Assembly (NCBI GenBank): GCA_045615825.1
Contig: JAZLFL010000128.1
Span: 1 to 33,056, forward strand
From: Lachnospiraceae bacterium
GTDB lineage: Bacteria > Bacillota > Clostridia > Lachnospirales > Lachnospiraceae
Length of the DNA stretch: 33,056 bases
Direction of reading: 5' to 3'
The position numbers and the translations under genes are program-made. Of this stretch, positions 27,635-33,056 are shown one piece after another. The notes below the pieces were generated by a model that worked only from the letters and a program-made list of their open reading frames with translations, was not told where the DNA came from and did not search any database. Position 1 is the stretch's first letter. Each line of letters starts with the position of its first letter.

Positions 27635-28852
27635 ATGAGCATGAAGATTAATTATAATGTGTCAGCTATTATCGCTAACAACTCTCTTAAGATTAACGAT
27701 AATAAATTGACAACATCTCTTGAGAGATTATCTTCCGGATATAAGATTAACAGCGCTAAGGATGACGCTGCCGGATTAGCTATCTCAAGAAGAATGAATG
27801 CTCAGATCAAGGGATTGAAGGCTGCAGAGCAGGATGCCAAGGATGGCGTATCCGTAGCAGAGATTGCGGATGGAGCATTAGCAGAAGTACAGGATATTCT
27901 GCAGAGAATGAACGAATTAGCAATTAAGTCATCAACAGGTACTATTACAGATGATGACAGAGCTTATATTCAGCAGGAAGTAGAGCAGTTGGCTAACGAG
28001 ATTGACAGAATTGGTAACTCGACAGAGTATAACAGCCAGAAGATATTCACTGGTGCGTTTGACTTAAAGGGATATACTAATGATGTGAAGATTAAGGTGG
28101 ATACTTATTCGGATGCGGTTGATATTGGTAAGTATACATTAAATATTGGGGATCTTGAATTCAAGATTGATGATAATGGTGCAACAGTTCTTAATAGCGT
28201 AGGCGGTTCATCAGCTAATACTATCGTGGCTACAAGACCGGATGGTAAGAGTGAGACCTTTAATGTTAAGGGTGATAACTATCATCTTACATTAACAGGT
28301 GATAATGGTGATGAGATAGTACTTGATATTGCTGGATTAGGCGGAAAGGGAATGGAGATTGGCAAGGCTAAGGGTGAGACCTTCTCTGTCACAGGTAAGT
28401 CAGGTCTTGAACTTGATCTTACAGGCTATGGTGCCATGACCTTCCAGATTGGAGCTAATGAGAGCCAGACAATGGATATCAGATTCGAGAAGCTTTCAAT
28501 GGAGACACTCGGATTCAAGAATCAGGATACAGATCCTAACAAGAATATGATTCTTAAGATGGATACAGAGGAGCATGCTAAAAGAGCAATTGAGCAGGTT
28601 AGCAATGCTATTGACAAGATATCCAGCATGAGAAGTAAGATTGGTGCTTATCAGAACAGACTTGAGCATACAGAGACTAACCTCTCAACAAGTGAGGAGA
28701 ATATGACAAGTGCATATTCAAGAATTATGGATACAGATATGTCTGAAGAGATGACTAACTATTCTAACCTTCAGATTATCTCTCAGGCTGCAACAGCTAT
28801 TTTGGCACAGGCTAATGAGCGTCCATCACAGATGCTTCAGTTACTTCAGTAA
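27635..28852 (+). CDS. fliC: Flagellin
   Basis: LERLSSGYKINSAKDDAAGLAIS, LQRMNELA, FQIGAN, RSKIGAYQNRLEH, SRIMDTDM, LAQAN..P..MLQLL. SD AGGAGG. Confidence 0.95.
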   Translation: MSMKINYNVSAIIANNSLKINDNKLTTSLERLSSGYKINSAKDDAAGLAISRRMNAQIKGLKAAEQDAKDGVSVAEIADGALAEVQDILQRMNELAIKSSTGTITDDDRAYIQQEVEQLANEIDRIGNSTEYNSQKIFTGAFDLKGYTNDVKIKVDTYSDAVDIGKYTLNIGDLEFKIDDNGATVLNSVGGSSANTIVATRPDGKSETFNVKGDNYHLTLTGDNGDEIVLDIAGLGGKGMEIGKAKGETFSVTGKSGLELDLTGYGAMTFQIGANESQTMDIRFEKLSMETLGFKNQDTDPNKNMILKMDTEEHAKRAIEQVSNAIDKISSMRSKIGAYQNRLEHTETNLSTSEENMTSAYSRIMDTDMSEEMTNYSNLQIISQAATAILAQANERPSQMLQLLQ

Positions 28853-28865
28853 TTAAGAGGGTATT

Positions 28866-29366
28866 ATGACAAAGGAAAAGAAGAACGAATTTACTCTTCG
28901 TATTTCCCAGGCTAATAAATCAGAACTCATTATTATTCTCTACGAGATGACCATATGTTATATTGAAGATGTAGTAAATTTAAGCCACACCAGTGATACT
29001 GGTGTGGCTAATGTTAGTAATAACACTGAGTTTCAGATTGCAGTTAAGAGAGCTACTGGATGTATTGAAGAGATGCAGGCTAATCTTCATTATGAATATG
29101 AACTGGCTAAGAACCTTAAGCAGATATATTTATATATGAAGAAGCAGTTAAGAATGGCTGGCCTTACAGGTGATGTATCAGCACTTGATACAGTTATAAG
29201 AGAGCTGACATCGCTTAAGGAAGCGTATGAAAGCATTAAGGACTGCGATACATCTGCTTCTGTTATGAGCCATACGCAGACAGTTGTCACAGGCATGACT
29301 TATGATAAGAACAGTATCCTGGACAGTCTGACTACTGAATATACAGGACGCGGCTACAGAGTCTGA
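28866..29366 (+). CDS. fliS: Flagellin export chaperone FliS-like protein
   Basis: ISQANKSELIIILYE and ELAKNLKQIYLYM...L.SLKEAY; adjacent to flagellin. Confidence 0.8.
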   Translation: MTKEKKNEFTLRISQANKSELIIILYEMTICYIEDVVNLSHTSDTGVANVSNNTEFQIAVKRATGCIEEMQANLHYEYELAKNLKQIYLYMKKQLRMAGLTGDVSALDTVIRELTSLKEAYESIKDCDTSASVMSHTQTVVTGMTYDKNSILDSLTTEYTGRGYRV

Positions 29367-29410
29367 TTAATTATGCCTGGACTGGGGCCGGTCTGTAATT
29401 AGGAGTTAAA

Positions 29411-30775
29411 GTGGATCTTAGAACACTCATTAATTCACAAAGAGATTATTATAATAAGAATGTTACGAAGGACATAAGCTTCAGACGTAACAGTCTTGAG
29501 AAGCTTCTTGATACCATTACCACCTATGAACCTGCAATATACGATGCGCTGCAGGCGGATCTTGGTAAGGTTAAGCAGGAAAGCTATATGACAGAGGTCA
29601 GTCAGGTGACTGGCTCTATTAAGTATGCAATTAAGCATCTCGAATCCTGGTGCAGAGGCAGACGTATGTCTACTCCAATGCATTTATTACCAGGTAAAAG
29701 TGAGATAATTAAGGAACCTTATGGTGTTGTACTTATCATGTCACCATGGAATTATCCATTCTTACTTTCGATGGCACCACTTGTTGCAGCCATTGCTGCA
29801 GGTAATTGTGTAATCCTTAAAGGCAGCAAGAGTAGTCCAATGACTACCAATGTAGTGGTTGACATAATTAACTCCACTTTTGAACGTAATCATGTATATG
29901 CAATAGAAGAAGTGCTTCCGTATGACGAGATAATCAGGCAGAAGTATGATTATATATTCTTCACAGGAAGTGAGAGAGTTGGTAAGACAGTTCTTAAGGC
30001 AGCTGCGGATAATCTGACTCCGGTGACACTTGAGCTTGGTGGTAAGAGTCCGTGCATTATTGACGAGACTGCAGATATCGAGAAGGCAGCACATAAGATT
30101 ATGTGGGGTAAGCTTCTTAACGCTGGTCAGACCTGCGTGGCACCGGATTATGTATATATACATTCCTCTGTTAAGGAGAAGTTCATTGAAGAGGCAACTA
30201 AGCAGATCAGGGAGATGCTTGGTGACCCATTACAGAATAATGACTATCCGCATATTATTTCGCTTCATCATTACATGAGACTTAAGAATCTGATAAGTAA
30301 GGAAGCTGATGTAATCGGTGGAAGAGGTGATGACAGCAGGCTTATTATTGAGCCAACGATTCTGCCTAATGCAACTTTTGACAGTGTCGCAATGAAAAGT
30401 GAAATTTTTGGGCCAATTCTTCCTGTCATTGAATATGATGATAAGGACGAGCTGTTCATTACACTTAAGAACAGACCAAAGCCTTTAGCCTGCTATATAT
30501 TTAGTGAGAATTCTGATTTCATAGATTATATTAAGGAAAATGTATCCTTTGGCGGTGGATGTGTGAACGATGTTGTTCTGCAGATTGCTAATGAGAATCT
30601 TCCATTCGGTGGAGTCGGTGCCAGTGGAATGGGACGATATCATGGTAAGGCCGGCTTTGATACCTTCACGCATGAGAAATCAATCTATGAAGTTCCAAGC
30701 TGGTGGGATATGCCACACAGATTCCACCCATATAGTGAAAAGGCGATAAATATATTAAAGAAGGTACTTAAATAA
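29411..30775 (+). CDS. Aldehyde dehydrogenase (ALDH3/YwdH-like)
   Basis: PWNYP, FFTGSERVG, catalytic Glu in LELGGKSP, catalytic Cys in NAGQTCVAPD, EIFGP, PFGGVGASG. GTG start with AGGAG. Confidence 0.94.
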   Translation: MDLRTLINSQRDYYNKNVTKDISFRRNSLEKLLDTITTYEPAIYDALQADLGKVKQESYMTEVSQVTGSIKYAIKHLESWCRGRRMSTPMHLLPGKSEIIKEPYGVVLIMSPWNYPFLLSMAPLVAAIAAGNCVILKGSKSSPMTTNVVVDIINSTFERNHVYAIEEVLPYDEIIRQKYDYIFFTGSERVGKTVLKAAADNLTPVTLELGGKSPCIIDETADIEKAAHKIMWGKLLNAGQTCVAPDYVYIHSSVKEKFIEEATKQIREMLGDPLQNNDYPHIISLHHYMRLKNLISKEADVIGGRGDDSRLIIEPTILPNATFDSVAMKSEIFGPILPVIEYDDKDELFITLKNRPKPLACYIFSENSDFIDYIKENVSFGGGCVNDVVLQIANENLPFGGVGASGMGRYHGKAGFDTFTHEKSIYEVPSWWDMPHRFHPYSEKAINILKKVLK

Positions 30776-31432
30776 ATGAAGGTGTATCTTGTAAGACACG
30801 GGGAGACTGAATGGAACAGTATGCGTAAGCTTCAGGGCCAGACAGATATTCCTCTTAATAATTATGGTATTGAGTTGGCTGAGATTACAGCGAAGGCTCT
30901 TGATGATATTGACTTCGATTATATATATTCATCTCCATTAATAAGAGCGATTCAGACAGCTGAGATTCTAAGAGGGGATCGTAAGCTTGAGATTCATACA
31001 GATGACAGGATGAAGGAGATTAACTTCGGAACCTGTGAAGGAGATATAATTCCAAGATATACGGATGAGCCTGTAAGCCCAATCTGGAAGTTTGAGTTTG
31101 ATACAGATAATTATATTCCTGCAAAAGGTGGCGAGACTTTTGGTGATATCTATTTAAGGAGCATGGAATTCTTCAAGGAATGCATTATGCCACTGGAAGG
31201 AAAGTGTGAGAATGTTCTGATGGTTGGACATGGATGCTTCAACAGGACTTTACTTAATCCTATTATGGGAAGACCACTTAGGAACTTCTGGGAGATTAAG
31301 CTTGATAACTGCGCCGTATCAATTATTGAGGTTACTGATGGAGTAGCTAAGGTAATAGAACCTGGTAAGAAATACTATGAGAGAGTACGTAAGCCGGGTG
31401 ATGCTATTGATATGACGGATATATATGGATGA
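30776..31432 (+). CDS. Histidine phosphatase (phosphoglycerate mutase superfamily)
   Basis: LVRHGET, SSPLIRAIQTA, EINFG, GGE, VGHG. Confidence 0.92.
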   Translation: MKVYLVRHGETEWNSMRKLQGQTDIPLNNYGIELAEITAKALDDIDFDYIYSSPLIRAIQTAEILRGDRKLEIHTDDRMKEINFGTCEGDIIPRYTDEPVSPIWKFEFDTDNYIPAKGGETFGDIYLRSMEFFKECIMPLEGKCENVLMVGHGCFNRTLLNPIMGRPLRNFWEIKLDNCAVSIIEVTDGVAKVIEPGKKYYERVRKPGDAIDMTDIYG

Positions 31433-31440
31433 TATAGAGA

Positions 31441-31480
31441 AGGGACCATAAATCTTAGTGGATTCGTGGTCCCTGCTTTT
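31441..31480 (+). terminator. Terminator-like hairpin after the phosphatase gene
   Basis: AGGGACCA...TGGTCCCT stem with an inner AATC/GATT pairing, followed by GCTTTT. Confidence 0.55.
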
Positions 31481-31558
31481 CGCCCATTTATGTGTAATAT
31501 TTTTGCACAAAAAAAAGTACCAACCCCATGGCTCATGTCCACAAAATCGATACTTCAG

Positions 31559-31631
31559 TGCGCGATCAGGGGCTCGAACCCTGGACACCCTGATTAAGAG
31601 TCAGGTGCTCTACCAACTGAGCTAATCGCGC
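31559..31631 (-). tRNA. tRNA-Lys(CTT), CCA not encoded
   Basis: Reverse complement: GCGCGAT-TA-GCTC-AGTTGGTA-GAGC-A-CCTGA-CT-CTT-AA-TCAGG-GTGTC-CAGGG-TTCGAGC-CCCTG-ATCGCGC-A. Confidence 0.96.
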
Positions 31632-31663
31632 TTAATTTATGTCGTTTTCTTGACGCAAGTGTT

Positions 31664-31692
31664 ATTATATAGTAGTGGTTTTAAAAATGCAA
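31664..31692 (-). promoter_or_regulatory. sigmaA promoter of tRNA-Lys
   Basis: On minus strand: TTGCAT (31692-31687), 17 nt, TATAAT (31669-31664), with an A-rich upstream region. Confidence 0.8.
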
Positions 31693-31789
31693 GCGTTTTT
31701 GTGAAAAAATTTCACAATTTTTTTGATTTTAAAATAGTCAAAAAATATACACAAAATGTAGTATACTATCTACTACAGGAGCACAATAT

Positions 31790-32569
31790 ATGAAGGATAT
31801 TAAAATATTTGAATCGCATGCACATTACGATGATGATGCATTTGATGAAGACAGAGATGAATTAATAAGTAGCTTACCGGATAATGGCATAGCAGTTGCG
31901 ATTAATGTAGCCGCAAGCATGCGTAGCGTGGATGATACATATGAACTTGCTACGAAGTATGATTATATCTATGGTGCAATCGGTATACATCCAAGTGATG
32001 TCGAGGATCTTAACGAGAATACCTTCCAGCATGTGAGGGAAATGGCACTCAAGCCTAAGATGGTCGCTGTTGGTGAGATTGGTCTTGATTATCATTATGA
32101 GAACATTGATAAGATGCAGCAGCAGGAGTGGTTCGAGCGTCAGCTGATGCTTGCACGTGATATACGTAAGCCGGTTATCATTCATTCCCGCGATGCCTGT
32201 GAAGATACCATGAAGATACTTAAGAGTAATTCCTTCCGCGGACTTCCAGGTGTAGTTCACTGCTATTCTTATTCTGTAGAGACAGCAAGAGAGCTTCTTA
32301 AAATGGGATATTATATCGGTGTCGGAGGCGTGGTCACTTTTTCCAATGCGAAGAAACTGGTAGAGACTGTGCAGGAGACCCCGCTTGATCGTATCCTGCT
32401 TGAGACGGACAGTCCATATCTGGCACCAACGCCTCACAGAGGGGATCGCAATTCGTCACTTAATCTGCCACTTGTTGCTGAGAAAATTGCAGCGATTAAG
32501 GGTGTACCATATTATAAGGTAGTTGACCAGACTTATAAGAACGCAAGAAAGTTGTTTTTCAATAAATAG
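31790..32569 (+). CDS. tatD: TatD-family hydrolase/DNase
   Basis: ESHAH, GIHP, VGEIGLDY, IIHSRDA, VVHCYS, LLETDSPYLAP. Confidence 0.95.
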   Translation: MKDIKIFESHAHYDDDAFDEDRDELISSLPDNGIAVAINVAASMRSVDDTYELATKYDYIYGAIGIHPSDVEDLNENTFQHVREMALKPKMVAVGEIGLDYHYENIDKMQQQEWFERQLMLARDIRKPVIIHSRDACEDTMKILKSNSFRGLPGVVHCYSYSVETARELLKMGYYIGVGGVVTFSNAKKLVETVQETPLDRILLETDSPYLAPTPHRGDRNSSLNLPLVAEKIAAIKGVPYYKVVDQTYKNARKLFFNK

Positions 32570-32577
32570 GGGTAAAA

Positions 32578-33056
32578 ATGGCAACATTAGGAATACCGGC
32601 TAATACCATAGCTGTATTAAAGAAGTACAATTTCAATTTCCAGAAGAAGTTCGGACAGAATTTCCTTATAGACACTGGAGTGTTGGAGAGAATAATTGAG
32701 GAATCTCATATTACTAAGGATGACTGCGTGTTAGAGATTGGGCCTGGAATCGGTACAATGACACAGTATCTTGCAGAGAATGCAAGGAAGGTCATTGCTG
32801 TAGAGATTGATAAGGCACTTATACCAATCCTAGGGGATACGCTGTCAGCGTATGATAATGTAACGGTTATTAATGATGATATTCTGAAGGTGGATATTAA
32901 TAAGATATGTGAAGAGGAGAATGGCGGTAAGCCAATCAAGGTAGTAGCTAATCTTCCATACTATATAACTACACCAATTATTATGGGATTATTCGAAAGC
33001 CACGTTCCGCTTGAGAGTATAACCATTATGGTTCAGAAGGAAGTAGCAGACAGAAT
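32578..33056 (+). CDS. rsmA: 16S rRNA adenine dimethyltransferase RsmA/KsgA (runs off the window end)
   Basis: Translated by hand: MATLGIPANT...KKFGQNFLID...VLEIGPGIGTMT...VEID...VVANLPYYITTP...MVQKEVADR, with no stop before the end. Confidence 0.96.
   Translation, partial: MATLGIPANTIAVLKKYNFNFQKKFGQNFLIDTGVLERIIEESHITKDDCVLEIGPGIGTMTQYLAENARKVIAVEIDKALIPILGDTLSAYDNVTVINDDILKVDINKICEEENGGKPIKVVANLPYYITTPIIMGLFESHVPLESITIMVQKEVADR

Noticed and set aside
29367-29405. Terminator or riboswitch between fliS and the aldehyde dehydrogenase gene
   Set aside because: Short GC-rich stretch with only a weak stem and no U-tract; too short for a known riboswitch.
15040-31631. Integrated element bounded by the two tRNA genes
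   Set aside because: No integrase or transposase, no duplicated tRNA 3' end (att) seen, and the genes are housekeeping-like with host codon usage.

Overview
AT-rich Firmicute chromosomal replication-origin region, most consistent with Lachnospiraceae (inferred from gene order and protein signatures). dnaA (minus strand) is flanked by a bipartite oriC: a DnaA-box cluster at ~1726-1925, and boxes plus a DnaA-trio-like element at 22-165. The plus strand then carries rpmH-rnpA-yidD-yidC-jag-mnmE-mnmG-rsmG, a sensor-less HisKA_3 kinase/NarL-type regulator pair where noc usually sits, parS sites, parA-parB, DUF4446, serS, DUF3881, a triple-hairpin repeat abutting tRNA-Arg(CCT), a DEDDh exonuclease, an MCP, a HAD hydrolase, a D,D-carboxypeptidase, a 961-aa TPR/acidic-repeat/degenerate-AAA+ protein, glgB, a sigma28-type DUF6240-flagellin-fliS unit, an aldehyde dehydrogenase, a histidine phosphatase, tRNA-Lys(CTT) (minus), tatD and a truncated rsmA. 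I saw no mobile elements or CRISPR arrays. Best leads: (1) a repeated-hairpin element 2 nt upstream of tRNA-Arg, with an exonuclease gene directly downstream; (2) a TPR-linker-pseudo-AAA+ protein preceded by an NrdR-like box; (3) an in-frame TAG at a conserved Glu of the essential serS, probably a sequence error; (4) a FliK-like giant protein with nested sigma28 promoters; (5) a duplicated and decaying parS cluster. All calls come from reading the sequence by eye; no searches were run.
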